A stretch of DNA of 64,000 nucleotides from Octopus vulgaris (GCA_951406725.2 OX597835.1:11408001-11472000), one strand, 5' to 3'; positions 1-14,569 are shown, counted from the first letter of the stretch. Notes: generated by a model from the sequence alone, not told the origin. Program-made: numbers and translations.

Positions 1-647
1 AATCGACTCACTCCGTTTGTCTGTCCTTGTTTGTCTTTTCTGTGTTTAGCCCCTTGTGGGTAGTAAAGAAATAGAAATAGGTATTTCGTCTGCTGCTACG
101 TTCTGAGTTTAAATTCCACCATGGTCGACTTTGCCTTTCATCCTTTTGGGGTTGATTAAATAAGTACCAGTTACGCACTGGAGTCGATATAATCGACTTA
201 CTCCGTTTGTCTGTCCTTGTTTGTCCTTTCTGTGTTTAGCCACTTGTGGGTAGTAGAGAAATAGAAATAGGTATTTCGTCTGCCACTACGTTCTGAGTTC
301 AAATTCCGCCAAGGTCGATTTTGCCTTTCATCCTTTGGGGGGTCAATTAAATAAGTACCAGTTACGCACTGGGGTCGATATAATCGACTCACTCCGTTTG
401 TCTGTCCTTGTTTGTCCTTTCTGTGTTTAGCCCCTTTTGGGTAGTAAAGAAATAGAAATAGGTATTTCGTCTGCCACTACGTTCTGAGTTCAAATTCCGC
501 CGAGGTCGACTTTGCCTTTCATCTTTTGAGGGGGGTCGATTAAATAAGTACCAGTTACGCACTGGTGTCGATATAATCGACTCACTCCGTTTGTCTGTCC
601 TTGTTTGTCTTTTCTGTGTTTAGCCCCTTGTGGGTAGTAAAGAAATT
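1..647 (+). repeat. Tandem array of about 190-bp units of SINE family C (3 full units plus a partial; continues upstream of the window)
   Basis: The unit ggtatttcgtctgcc...gttctgagttcaaattccgcc...gtagtaaagaaata is repeated head-to-tail, and the same sequence occurs dispersed elsewhere in the window. Confidence 0.9.
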
Positions 648-953
648 GGTCTAGTGGTCAGGGTGTTGTACTCACAATGGCTAGATTGTGGTGTTTGGTT
701 CCCAGACTGAGTGACACATTGTGTTCTTGAGCAAAACACTTCCTTCTACATTGCTCCTCTCCACTCAGCTTTAAATGGACAACTCTTTGGCAGACTAACC
801 TTCCAATCGGGTGGGGGGGATGGTGACGGCGGATGTCAGCCTGTTTGCCAGTAGGTGGCATCATTCAGAAGATAAAACGATGCAGAGCACATTGTGACCA
901 GTGATGTAGCAACAGCCAAGAATGTTGGTAGTGTTTTTGATCACTTGATTGCA

Positions 954-2040
<1,087 letters not shown>

Positions 2041-2044
2041 TATA

Positions 2045-2428
2045 TCTCTCTCTATATAAACGGCAGTTTGTCTGTGCGTGTTTCTGTGTGTCTGTTTGCT
2101 TGTACCCTCACCCTGACCACGGCTTTCAACCGATTCTGATGAAACTTGACACACACATAGCCCAATGTCATAATTCAAAACTAACGCAGCGAAAATTTTG
2201 AAAAGTTCCCCCAGTTCTGAAAAAAATCGAAAATTCGACATGGGGTCGAGAATCAGAAACACGAACCACAAACTGTCTAGGGGACGCAGCTCCACCTTTT
2301 TTAAATCTCCAAAAAAAATTTACCATCATTTTTTTCCATTTTTTTGCTATTTTTTGGCTATAACTCTCTAAAAATGCTTTATAGTTATTTCCCTTACAAA
2401 CCTGAGCAACGCCGGGCGATACTGCTTG
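2045..2428 (+). mobile_element. Non-autonomous Helitron
   Basis: A|TC 5' end, subterminal hairpin cctgagcaacgccggg, and 3' CTTG|T (CTAG in sister copies). Confidence 0.75.
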
Positions 2429-2655
2429 TATATATATATATATATAATGTGGTCGATGCTGGTCCATCTGACTGGCTCCTAAGCTGGTGGAAAAATACAC
2501 TCTCAGAGTGGTTGGCATTAGGAAGGGCATCAAGCTGTAGAAACATTGCCATATCACTTTGGAGCCTGGTGCAACCTCCTGGCTTGCCAGTCCTCAGTCA
2601 AACCACCCGACCCATTCCTGCATGGAAAGCAGACATTAAACAATGATGATAATAC

Positions 2656-2700
<45 letters not shown>

Positions 2701-2974
2701 GACATACACCTACTTTTTACACGTGACGGATAAACACACTAACACCAGTTGGAGTGACAAACACCAACCCAAAGACATGCACACACACATATATATATGT
2801 TGAGCTTCTTTCAGTTTCTGTCTACCGAACCCACTCACAAAGATTTGGTTGACCCAAGGCTATAGTGGAAGACAGTGGGACTGAACCCAAAACCATATGG
2901 TTGGGAAAGAAGCTTCTTACCATACAGCCATGCCTGCACCTTGCATATTACAAATCGTTGTGCTACTCCACCAG

Positions 2975-3325
2975 TTGCTATGACGAGTGTTCCAGTTGAT
3001 CCAATCAACGGAACAGCTTGTTCGTGATATTAACGTGCAAGTGGCTGAGCACTCCACAGACACGTGTACCCATAATGTAGTTCTCGAGGAGATTCAGCAT
3101 GACACAGAGTGTGACAATGCCGGCCCATTGAAATACGGGTACAAGAGAAACAGGAAGAAAGAGCGAGAGAAAGTTGTGGTGAAAGAGTACAGCAGGGATC
3201 ACCACCATCCCCTGCTGGAGCCTCGTTGAACTTTTGGTGTTTTTGCTCAATAAACAACACCTGGTCTGGAAATCGAAACTGCGATCCTATGACCACTGCC
3301 CTAACCACTGGGCTATTGCACTTCC
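2975..3325 (-). mobile_element. SINE family A (tail type 2), decayed
   Basis: Reverse complement of 6510-6883. Confidence 0.8.
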
Positions 3326-3682
3326 ATGCTACAAATAAAGTGATGTGCACTTATTATAATACACATTGTTGAAATTTTATATGAGAGAAATTGTAGAACT
3401 TGAGTAATATGAAATATCCAGAAGAGTTCATATGTCTTTTCATATATAATTAACACAGTAAAATGAACCCTACGTGCACATAAATGTATATATTTACAGA
3501 AATATATGCACATACAATATTACACGAATGGGAAAATTAATTATGCGCACATTATTTGTATTGATTTTGCTTTAGTCATTACACAATGATTTGACCATCA
3601 AATATCAGTTACGTTATCATTATGTCCAGTATGATCACTCTGCTCTCTTTTTTAATGGCTTTACAGAAGAGTAGTATCTATC

Positions 3683-4070
3683 TATTGTGGCACTCTGTCG
3701 GTTACGACGACGAAGGTTCCAGTTGGTCCTATAAATGGAACAGCCTGCTCATGAAAAATTAATGTGTATGTGGCTGAGCACTCCACAGACACGTGTGCCC
3801 TTAACGTAGTTCTCCTGGAGAATCAGCGTGACACAGAGTGTGACAAGGTTGGCCCCTTTGAAATACAGGTACAACAGAAACAGGAAGAAAGATTGAGAGA
3901 AAGTTGTGGTGAAAGAGTACACAGGGTTCGCCACCAATCCCTGCCGGAGCCTTGTGGAGCTTTGGGTGTTTTCGCTCAATAAACACTCACAATGCCTGGT
4001 CTGGGAATCGAAACCGTGATCCTATGACCACGAGTCTGCTGCCCTAACCACTGGGCCATTGCGCCTCCAC
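3683..4070 (-). mobile_element. SINE family A (tail type 2)
   Basis: Reverse complement of 6510-6883, with the tRNA-like head at about 3995-4070. Confidence 0.85.
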
Positions 4071-4099
4071 AAAGAAAGGTAGTATTTATTATTTATTGA

Positions 4100-5075
4100 T
4101 ATGTTTTCTGTGCCTGGAGGTGTTTCACGGTGTGGAATCCATCAGAAGCTTTCAGCAGTAAATAGAAACATTGTTTTGTTGCTGGGAATTGTCTACAAAT
4201 AGACTGAAAGACTGAAATATTCGAAAGTGGTTGCAGAAGTGTCTCACTTCAAGAAGGAATCGGACAAGAAGTCATGTACTGCGTTAATAACAGCAGCAGA
4301 TGAGTTTGTGACATGATCCTGTGACTATTGATGAACTGGCAAAATGATATACAAATTAGATGCGATTCTCTCTATGAAATCAATAACAACAGACTCAATA
4401 GATCTTAAGCAACTCATAGACATATGGAAAATTGTTCCGAAATCTGCCAACCACTTATGGACTGCTATGGTAACAATGATGACTCCCTGGAAAAAAATTA
4501 TTATTGATGACGAAGCGGTTACACCTCTGCAATCTGGATTACAGAAAAGTCATGTCCACAATCTCAATGGAAGAAAAAAAAAAGCATCAGAAGAGAATGA
4601 ACAGAAATGAAAATGATAATGTTCCAGCATTGGCAAAAAAGGAAAGAAACGTATTTCAGGAGATAACATTATCAGGAGATAATGAGCAACAAACACTGCT
4701 CATTATAGTCAGACAGTGCATGACAAGCTAAGGCCTTTAAGTTGAAACAAAAGTTTAAGACTTCTTTCCAAAAGCATTCTGTTGTTACAGACAATGCCCA
4801 CAAATTGTTGATGTTCAGAGTGTTAGAATCTTCCAGAAACTGAAATTCCAAATTCTGGAGTGTCTGCCTTTATAGTCCTGACCATGTTTGTTCAAACTAT
4901 CGCCAGTTTTCTCCATTGAAAGATACCTCAAGAGGTTGAAGATTTATTTCAAGAAATGAAAGATGTAGTACATATATGGCTTACATTTCAACCCAATTTT
5001 TTTTTGAGAGTGTAAAGAGGCTTATACAGACATGGGACTGTGTTGAAAAGCGAAAGGTCTGTGCTGAAAATGATG
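4100..5075 (+). pseudogene. Highly decayed mariner transposase
   Basis: Frameshifted remnants in the expected order: N-terminal HTH-like GIHQKLSAV, IIIDDE (IVTGDE-like), DNA, YSPD, PLKD..RG.RF, VHIWL, CVEK. Confidence 0.7.
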
Positions 5076-5325
5076 CATCCTATGGTTGTAAATGAATTTT
5101 TAAATATAAATGATAAAGGGTTTGGAATGTTGCTTTTCATTCAAGCAAATTTTTTTTTTCTGACCATATATCAAAATTTTCTGGATATGTTTTTATGAAG
5201 AAATTCCTTCATAAACTTATGAATTTGAATGAGTGTAAGAATAGAGGAAATAATGAAAATTTTTTTTAAATTCTGAATTAACAGTTTAGCCAGGGTTACA
5301 GTTATTCGTATTTACTGGGTGATGG

Positions 5326-5405
<80 letters not shown>

Positions 5406-5406
<1 letters not shown>

Positions 5407-5703
5407 GAGGTGCAATGGCCCAGTGGTTAGGGTAGCGAACTTGCTGTTGTAGGATTGCAGTTTCGATTCCCAGACCGGGCGTTGTGAGAGCTTATTGAGC
5501 AAAAACACTTACAAGCTCCACGAAACTCCAGTAGGGGGTGGTGATCCCTGCTGTACTCTTTCACCACAACTTTCTCCCACTCTTTCTTCTGTTGGCCTGC
5601 TCGCTTAGCCAGCGGGGTGGCTTCATTTGAAGGCTAAAACAATGCAAAGAGCATTGTGTCCAGCGATGTGTAACAACATCTGATGGTCTGGTCGGTCACA
5701 TGA
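5406..5703 (+). mobile_element. SINE family A (tail type 1)
   Basis: Paralogue of 1736-2040; also directly follows a (TA)n tract. Confidence 0.85.
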
Positions 5704-6509
5704 TATATATATATATATATACAGACACACAAGTGTACTTATATACAAGTGTTCATATATTCAAAAAGTAAAGGTTATAACTATACAGATTTTCATAAAT
5801 CCACAGCAAAAAACACCAAAGATACCAAAGTGAGACAATACTAGTGTAGTAAGTACCAAATTACAATATCTCAGATACAAAATGCAATAAATGAAAACCA
5901 ACACACAAGAAGTAATATACAAATGGAAGTTCAAAAATGCTAAATAATCAAAATTTAATGATTTTCAAAATAGTACAGTGTTATAATTTCATAGTCACAT
6001 AATTTTATGTTACAAATTTGATAATCATATAATTTTGTTAATTTTAAAATGCTGCAAATTTGTAAAAAATTTTTTAATTTCATAATGTTACAACTTTGTT
6101 ATTGTAGTCTGTATGTCTCAACATAATTTTCATTTGGTATTCTATACTTTTGCAATTTTCATGATGAGAATGATAAACAGGAGATAGAATGTGCAATTTA
6201 AAGAAGGAAAAAAAACTCAACGATGTATAATCGAAGTAGAGTATATATAGCATATATGTACACTCTTTCCTGTTATGTCTCATGAAAATGTAAGATTTAT
6301 ATTAAAATATAATTTATTATATGCATTCATTTCTGTATCTTATGCGCATTGCGTATCTTACATTCATCCAAGTAACCTCGTGGCTGTTATAAATGCACAC
6401 ACACACACACACACACTCAGACAGACAGATATTGTATCTACTTAAAGGAAACACACAAATACTTATATTTATATGGACACGGTGTATTGTCTACACAGAT
6501 ATAAAATGT

Positions 6510-6883
6510 GGAGGCGCAATGGCCCAGTGGTTAGGGCAGCGGACTCACGGTCGTAGGATCGCGGTTTCGATTCCCAGACCGAGCGTTGTGAGTGTTTATT
6601 GAGCGAAAACACCTAAAGCTCCACGAGGCTCCGGCAGGGGATGGTGGTGATCCCTGCTGTACTCTTTCACCACAACTTTCTTACTTCCTGTTTCTGTTGT
6701 ACCTGTATTTCAAAGGACCAGCCTTGTCACTCTCTGTGTCACGCTGAATATCCCCGAGAACTACGTTAAGGGAACACGTGTCTGTGGAGTACTCAGCCAC
6801 TTACACGTTAATTTCACAAACAGGCTGTTCCGTTAATCGGATCAACCGGAACCCTCGTCGTCGTAACCGACGGAGTGCTTCCA
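6510..6883 (+). mobile_element. SINE family A (tail type 2) with TSD
   Basis: tRNA-like head; flanking direct repeat ataaaatg at 6501-6508 and 6887-6894. Confidence 0.88.
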
Positions 6884-7111
6884 AAAATAAAATGCCCGAT
6901 GAGGACATCTGTACATAGAAGAGTGTTATTCTCTTTTATTGACAAAGCATAAGATTAAAATATGTACAGTATAAAAGAAACCCTGATCATCATTAGATAT
7001 TCAAATAAACTAATTAATTAAGAGGTCAGGATCCAAAGCAAAACAGTCACAAATACTTTGTAACAATGTCATCAGAAACTACAACTATTAAACATACATA
7101 AACTATATGTA

Positions 7112-7611
7112 GGCGTAGGGGTGGCTGTGTGGTAAGTAGCTTGCTAACCAACCACATGGTTCCGGGTTCAGTCCCACTGCGTGGCATCTTGGGCAAGTGT
7201 CTTCTGCTATAGCCCTGGGCCGACCAATGCCTTGTGAGTGGATTTGGTAGATAGAAACTGAAAGAAGCCTGTCATATATATGTACATATATATAAGTATG
7301 TGTGTATTTGTTTGTGTGTCTGTGTTTGTCCCCCTAGCATTGCTTGACAACCGATGCTGGTGTGTTTATGTCCCCGTAACTATGCGGTTCAGCAAAAGAG
7401 ACCGATAGAATAAGTACTGGGCTTACAAAGAATAAGTCCCGGGGTCGATTTGCTCGACTAAAGGTGGTGCTCCAGCATGGCCGCAGTCAAATGACTGAAA
7501 CAAGTAAGAGAGAGTAAAAGAGTATATGTAGGCGTAGGAGTGGCTGTGTGGCAAGTAGCTTGCTTCCCAGCCACATGGTTCCGGGTTCAGTCCCACTGCG
7601 TGGCACCTTGG
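7112..7611 (+). mobile_element. SINE family B, full copy plus a second 5' head
   Basis: ggcgtaggagtggctgtgtggtaag...ggttcagtccc head, internal TA/TG microsatellite, aagtaaaagag tail. Confidence 0.88.
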
Positions 7612-7766
7612 GACTACAGCACAAAAAACACTCCTACCTCGCCTATGATGCTGCACAATGAGATTGAACTTGCAATCAAGTTTAACCGTTTAACAACACA
7701 ACCCCCCCCCCACCGATATTTTTCCTGTTTTTTTCTGATTTGTTTTGTTTCAATCTATTTTTGCAG

Positions 7767-7922
7767 GGTTGGAACCATTGCTGTTTAAATCGAAGCACGT
7801 ATGTATGCGAATACATTACAATGGTCTCACTGAAGAAGGTTTCTTTCACACATTTCGTGTACCAAGCACCCGGCTCTTCAATAATGTTGTGGTTTCAGTG
7901 AAGAATGAAGACGACGCCAAAG
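7767..7922 (+). CDS. INPP5F: Internal coding exon of phosphatidylinositide phosphatase SAC2 (hSac2 domain)
   Basis: Polypyrimidine tract plus ttgcag| acceptor and aaag|gtaaat donor; phase 1 to phase 1, 156 nt. It encodes (G)LEPLLFKSKHVCMRIHYNGLTEEGFFHTFR...NEDDAK, which matches the vertebrate hSac2 segment GPEPTLFGKPKFSCMRLHY...GYFHTLR...EEDGK as I recall it. Confidence 0.93.
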
Positions 7923-8036
7923 GTAAATGAACAGGAAAGTGTGTGCGCATGTGTGTGTGTGTGAATGTACACACCTCTCTTTCTCTCTCTCTCTCTCCAT
8001 ATCCACTGATTTTTGTTTTCACTTTCACACAAACAT

Positions 8037-8324
8037 GGATTTGGCAGACGGAAACTGCAAGAAGCCTGTCGTATATATGTACATATATATATGTGTGTGT
8101 GTGTTTCTGTGTGTCTGTTTGTCCCCACCCCTCCATCGCTTGACAACCGATGCTGGTGTGTTTATGTCCCCCGTAACTTAGCGGTTCGGCATAAGAGACC
8201 AATAGAATAAGTACTAGGCTTACAAAGGATAAGTCCTGGGGTCGATTTGCTCGGTCTAAAGGTGGTGCTCCAGCATGGCCGCAGTCAAATGAATGAAACA
8301 AGTAAAAGAGAGAAAAAGAGAGTA
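8037..8324 (+). mobile_element. SINE family B, 5'-truncated
   Basis: Matches the 3' two-thirds of family B. Confidence 0.85.
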
Positions 8325-8618
8325 AACACACACACATGCATGCATGCAGACAAGCATACACACACACACACATTTCCAAAATTTTATGGAAGTTTCATAT
8401 ACCAACTCTACACTGCTACTGGTTCTTTGTTAAAAACCAAATTCCTCCTCAAAAAAAAAAAAAAAAAATCACCAAAAATTAAAAAAGAAAGCAAAAGCAA
8501 AAGGAGATGTAACTAGACCTAGAAGCACTTGGGGACACACAGACACACACACACGTTTAAAAATACAAAAGACTTTCTCATTGATTTTGACAAATCGTTG
8601 TACTTTTGCAGTTCATGT

Positions 8619-8655
<37 letters not shown>

Positions 8656-9108
8656 CATACACACACACAGATTATATATAACACACAAACACTCATGTAT
8701 GTACAGCAGTGTTCCAGTTGCTTGGTCAATGGAACTGGTGGCTAATTGAATTACTATGATGGAAGAGTCCACATATACTTGTGCTCTTAACATAATTCTG
8801 AAGCGGAATCAAAGCAACAAGGCATGCAACAAGTCCAGCTCCTTGAGTTACTGTTATAGTCTATTTGACAGGCTTTCAAGTAGTTGCTGTTAATCTAATT
8901 GTACTGACACATGTCTAACGAGTCCTAGAATTAGGGGAAAGATTCCCGGACCAGAAGCAGCATGATGGGATATAAGAAACAGGTGACTGCAAAGTAAAAA
9001 CTCTTAACTTTAAAAACTTGCTATTGTCTTAATTATACACTCCTACAGTCTGGGAACCAAACACCACAATCTAGCCATTGTGAGTACAACACCCTGACCA
9101 CTAGACCA

Positions 9109-9338
9109 ATTTCTTTACTACCCACAAGGGGCTAAACACAGAGGGGACAAACAAGGACAGACATAGGTATTAAGTCGATTACATCGACCCCAGTGCGTAA
9201 CTGGTACTTAATTTATCAACCCTGAAAGGATGAAAGGCAAAGTCGACCTCGGCGGAATTTGAACTCAGAACGTAACGCAAACGAAATACCGCTAAGCATT
9301 TCGCCCGGCGTGCTAACGTTTCTGCCAGCTCGCCGCCT
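9109..9338 (-). mobile_element. SINE family C, full length
   Basis: Reverse complement of ggcggcgagctggcagaaacgttagc...gtagtaaagaaat. Confidence 0.88.
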
Positions 9339-9669
9339 TAACAAGCTAATCAACAAGCAACCACCTGCACACTGACTCGCATACAGGTACCCAGAGACAT
9401 TGAAAGGCAAATGCCATCTTATCAATAAAGACATACACACCAAAATTCCTCAAGAGGCCAACATCTTCACCAACACACATACATGCATCTGGGCACATCA
9501 ATAAGCAAACCCCTACACACCCACCCACAGGAAACACCCACACACCCAAAGACGGCTGATAACAAAACTATCAATATTTCTACCCAGTCATGCTTTAAAG
9601 TTATAATAAAACTTCTCCATTGTTCATTCATTAAAACCTTTTATACTAATCTCGAAGCATTGCTTCAGT

Positions 9670-9900
9670 AATGACATCTAACGAGAGGAAACAGATCTGT
9701 AATTGGCTCGTTTAGTAAATTGTTATACTGTGATTGGAATCAAAGAGAATTTACTCAGAAAGCTAAAATTGATATGTATCAAGCTGTAGCCTTATCTACA
9801 TTTATGGATCTGAAATCGCTTCTTAATATGCCCCATGGGGAACAATACTTTCCATAGATGTTGCTTGCATTAACATCTGTGGATATATGTGGACGGACAA
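9670..9900 (+). mobile_element. RTE-clade LINE remnant (post-RT region)
   Basis: WNQREFTQKAKIDMYQAVALST, then YGSE after a frameshift; resembles the RTE motif TK..Y.A.VL..LLYG.E.W. Confidence 0.6.
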
Positions 9901-10701
9901 AGCTGTCTTGTAGATGGTCAGCAATTTTGAAGGGAGGGAGACAAGTTAATTACATCAGCACCAGTACTTGGCAAGTGCTTTCTTCACCAACGCTAAAAAG
10001 GTGAAAGGCAAAGTTGACCTCTGCATACTTTGAACTATACGCACAAGGCCCTGAAGTTTTGTGGGAGAAGACTAGTTGATTTCATTGGCCCCAGTATTTA
10101 ACTGGTACTTTTTTCATCAACCCTGAAAGGATGAAAGGTAAAATTGACCTCAGTGGGATTTGATCTCCTCCGTGATGGTGTTCCTCACACTAGGGGCTGA
10201 GTGCAGTGTCTGAGAGGGTTCTTTGTCAGGTAGTCCCCACACTTCACTGCAGGGAAATGCCTGTCAATGTTTCACTGCCTTTCTGACATGAGACCAAAAT
10301 ACTGAAAGTAAATCTGATCACCATGCTTCTAACTGATTACTTCTAGAACATTCAGTAATTACTTTCCATGAGAGAGAGAGAGAGAGTGTGTGTGTGTGTT
10401 GCTGTAATGGGAAAAATGTTACACATTGGGTCAAGTGGAATAACAATGTATGAAGTTGAACAGAGTTTCTGGACCCCAACCTTCAGACAGCTTTGAAGTC
10501 AATGAAGCCTGTTAATAAATGTATTCGTCAGATCAGGTGATCCTGAAAATAATATTAGCAACAGAATAGTGAAAATGCGTGAAAAAGGGGGAAAAAAAAA
10601 TGGTCGAGAGGTAAGAGGTGGGGGTAGATTAAAAGAAGGAAACAATAGACAGAAGAAAGCAAAAAAGAACAGAAAAGAAAAGGCTAAGGAAAAGCAAGAA
10701 A

Positions 10702-10736
<35 letters not shown>

Positions 10737-11173
10737 TAAAAAGAAAGGAATGATTCTCAAAGAATTCAACCAGCTTTGATTAAGTGACATTTATGGGTAG
10801 AAAAAGAATTTTATGTGGATGGCTACATACAACCTACTTATCTTGAGGATTGGCACTTAATTTGGTTTATTGGAGAAATGTAGAATATGTCCTAGAAATA
10901 TGGGGAGGGGTCGGATTCGGTGTTTTTCTTCTTTGAGTGGTGCCAAATATAACATATTTCAACCTGTCATTCGTTTTGATTAACAGATTCCTAATATAGT
11001 TTTGTGAAATGAGGGATGGTTCAGGGTTTTATCAATTTGAAGTTGATTGTTTTATTTCTTGAAGTTAATAGTGCATACATGTACATGTAGGGGGGGGGAA
11101 CAAAGTGTTTATGTTACACCCACTGCATGTTAAACGATGATGATGATGATATATATATATATATATATATATA

Positions 11174-11570
11174 TCTTTATATATAAAAGTCAAGTTGTGT
11201 GTCTGTCTCCTACGATTTAGATTCCTAACTACTCCCACATTTTGCGGTGCAATTTAACCAAAACTGGGTAGCTTATAGTCGTGATTCATATCGAGCCCTT
11301 CTGGGTGTTAGCGCGCGTCTACGATGAGTCTACGATTTAAAAAAAAATTTACCATCATTTTTTACCATTTTAATGCATTTTTTCGCTATTATATAAGGGA
11401 AGTAACTCTCTAAAAATGTCTACGATGAGTCAACGATTTAAAAAAAAATTTACCATAATTTTTTTTCCATTTTTAATGCATTTTTTTCCTATTTTTTGGC
11501 TATAACTCTCTAAAAATGCTTTATAGTTATTTCCCTTACAAACCCGAGCAACGCCGGGCAATACCGCTAG
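11174..11570 (+). mobile_element. Non-autonomous Helitron
   Basis: A|TC start inside (TA)n, hairpin cccgagcaacgccggg, CTAG end; internal duplication of gtctacgatgagtc..cgatttaaaaaaaatttacc. Confidence 0.82.
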
Positions 11571-11670
11571 CATATATATATATATATATATATTATATAA
11601 ACGCACACACTTAGGTACCATAACTTTTCACATAATTTTTCATAGAATAATTTTGTGAATATATTGTTTG

Positions 11671-11703
<33 letters not shown>

Positions 11704-11871
11704 CTAACAGATTTGCACAAACATATTTACATGCAGCTCACATATCCACATATACAGGGTGCATAAGATGTTTGAGGACAGATTTATGTTTATTAAAAAA
11801 AAGATATGTATTAACAGAATAACTTTATCAAAAAATGCCATGAGGATAAAGATAAACCTTCTTTTCTCTCT

Positions 11872-12263
11872 CTCTCTTTTACTCTTTTACTTGTTTCAGT
11901 CATTTGACTGCAGCCATGCTGGAGCACCGCCTTTAGTCGAGCAAATCAACCCTGGGACTTATTCTTTGTAAGCCCAGTACTTATTCTATCGGTCTCTTTT
12001 GCCGAACCGCATGGTTACGGGGAAGTAAACACACCAGCATCGGTTGTCAAGCAATGCTAGGGGGACAAACACAGACACACACACATATATATATATACGT
12101 ATATACGACAGGTTTCTTTCAGTTTCTGTCTACCAAATCCACTCACAAGGCATTGGTCGGCCTGGGGCTATAGCAGAAGACACTTGTCCAAGATGCCACG
12201 CAGTGGGACTGAACCCGGAACCATGTGGTTGGTTAGCAAGCTACTTACCACACAGCCACTCCT
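11872..12263 (-). mobile_element. SINE family B
   Basis: Reverse complement of the family B consensus. Confidence 0.88.
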
Positions 12264-12298
12264 ATATATATATATATAAATTATGTGAAAAGTTATGG

Positions 12299-12336
<38 letters not shown>

Positions 12337-13015
12337 ACACACACTTAGGTACCATAACTTTTCACATAATTTTTCATAGAATAGTTTTGTGAATATATTG
12401 TTTTGTAGAATTTCTTTTTGTCAGCAGTCATGTGATTAATGATTTATGGTTAATATAATTTACTGGACACTCAAGCTGGAAATCAACCAATCAGACAATA
12501 CAGTACAAAATTTAGTTGGCGTTCCTTTGTCTGTAGAATATTGATTATTGTTGAGTTTGTGTTGTACTAAAAAGAAGAAAATTTAAAGTAATGGTGTTTT
12601 GGGTTTGTTTGTTTGTTTTTTTTCTTTTTTGTTTTTTTTTTATATATATATATATGTTTGTGATAAGAATGTCAACAGTGTCAAGTATTGGAGATGTGAC
12701 AAGAAGTTGAAATGTAAAAGCAGAAATGTTGACTAACGGAAATGAATTACAAATTCAACCGACTGACCACAGTCGTACACCAGGTTCGTTCAGCATATAT
12801 TGAAGCGGTGGGGGGAAAGAAGCATCTGGAATGTGAGCAGAGAAAGAGCTGCTAACTTGAAAGAATAAACACCAAATCTCTCTCACCGAAGTTCTGATGC
12901 TTTAGATATCGGTAGTTTCTATGAAAGAAAAACTGAGGCTTTGTTGTGGATTGTCCAATGAAGAAGAAATCATTTAATGCCCACTGTTCCATGCTTGTCT
13001 CAGACAATATATATC

Positions 13016-13139
13016 CAGGGTGTCCGCAAAGTCTGGGTACATGGGGATTAAGACATACTTCAAGAAATTATTTCTTAAATTTAATTGTTTATGTTATAAT
13101 TTTATTTACTCCATGTACCCAGACTTTGTAGACACCCTG
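13016..13139. mobile_element. Tc1/mariner-type MITE
   Basis: About 29-bp TIRs cagggtgtccgcaaagtctgggtacatgg / ccatgtacccagactttgtagacaccctg, followed by TA. Confidence 0.82.
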
Positions 13140-13149
13140 TATGCATATA

Positions 13150-13636
13150 TATATATATTTATATAATAATATAATAATGAAATTATTGTATACAGTGCTC
13201 AGGTGCACCACAACTTGTCAGAAAGTGCATATAAAGTACATGCAGTAGTGTAGAAATGTGTGGAAAGTGAACATGCTTGTGTGTGTATCAAGTGTAGTGT
13301 TGGCGAATCTCAGGAAGCATGGAAGTTTTGAAGGATGCAGTGCTCCGACAACTAACAACCAATGCCGGCAGTTTGTTCCACGCTTCAGCAACTCACAGCA
13401 TGAAAAAATGTTTCCTGAAGTCATGGGAGCTGTGCTGTTTTCTTACTTTGTAAATATGTCCACGGGTGTTAGATGGGTGGAGTTTGAAGAGGTGCTCAGA
13501 GTTATTGTTTGTGCGATGGTTGATAATTTTATGGGTGTCTGCCAAGTCAGCTGCCAGACGTCGGAGTTTCAATGTGTCCATGCCCAGGGAAGTAAGGCAT
13601 TCAGGATATGGTAAATGCCTGATGGAGGGTATTCTT
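13150..13636 (-). mobile_element. CR1-clade LINE 3' end (ORF2 C-terminus plus 3' UTR and tail)
   Basis: LGMDTLKLRRLAADL..THKI...TRGH...RKHFF.LRVAEAWNKLP, the typical CR1/L2 ORF2 C-terminal signature. Confidence 0.85.
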
Positions 13637-13812
13637 ATATATATAACCTCCTATATATATAGGAGGTTATGAGAGATGTAATGGTGTCATTGAGACCCAA
13701 AGGTGTCAGGTAATGCTGAATGAGTTCTATAGATGGACCGCAGTTAAGTTCCAGATTCAGTGATTATGCGAATAAGGGGTTCAATGTTGGTCATATATCA
13801 GTGTGTGTATAT

Positions 13813-14479
13813 AAAAATTTTATTTCGTAATGAGATAAAAAACCAAGGCTGTGTAGATTTTAGAATATTTATGGATAGAAGGTCTTACAGCTGTTTTCAA
13901 GATATTTATTATATACCTTCATTGGAGATGGTGTGAGAGGATGTTTAAGAAATAGGTAATTTAGATAAGATATAAAATAGAGAGTGAGGTGGAAGAAATA
14001 AAAGAAAATAGATGTGAGATATGTAGGGATATTGCATTTGTAGATCCATTTTTTTAGACAGAATGGTATACATATAAGATTCAAATACCTTATGTGTAAA
14101 ATCCAATTGAATTTAAAATTGGTCATTTCAAGTATGTATGAACTGTGTATAAACTCTATACTTGGAATGACCAATTTTAAATTCTATTGGATTTTACTCA
14201 TAAGGTATTTGAATATTATGTGTATACCATTCTGCCTAAAAAAAATGGATCTACAAATGCAATATCCCTACATATCTCACATCTATCTTCTTTTATTTCC
14301 CCCCACCTCTCTCTCTATTTCATATCTTATCTAAATTAACTATTTCTTAACCATCCTCTCAAACCATGTCTGATGAAGGGATATAATAAATATCCTGGAA
14401 ACAGCTGTAATACCTTCTATCTATAAATGTTCTAAAATCTACACAGCCTTTGTTTTTTATCTCATAAATAAAATTTATA
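13813..14479. mobile_element. Fold-back element, about 320-bp arms, with hammerhead motif (Penelope-like)
   Basis: Arms about 13813-14135 and 14159-14479 are reverse complements; CTGATGA at 14370-14376 and GAAA-cagctg-TA at 14398-14409. Confidence 0.8.
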
Positions 14480-14569
14480 GACCCCGGTCGAAACCGTCCA
14501 ACCCGTGCTAGCGCGGAAAACGGACGTTAAACGATGATGATGATGATGATGATGATATATATATATATA

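Noticed and set aside
13670-13795. Possible Penelope GIY-YIG C-terminus (minus strand ...LTPLGLN)
   Set aside because: Too short and degenerate to support without a profile search.
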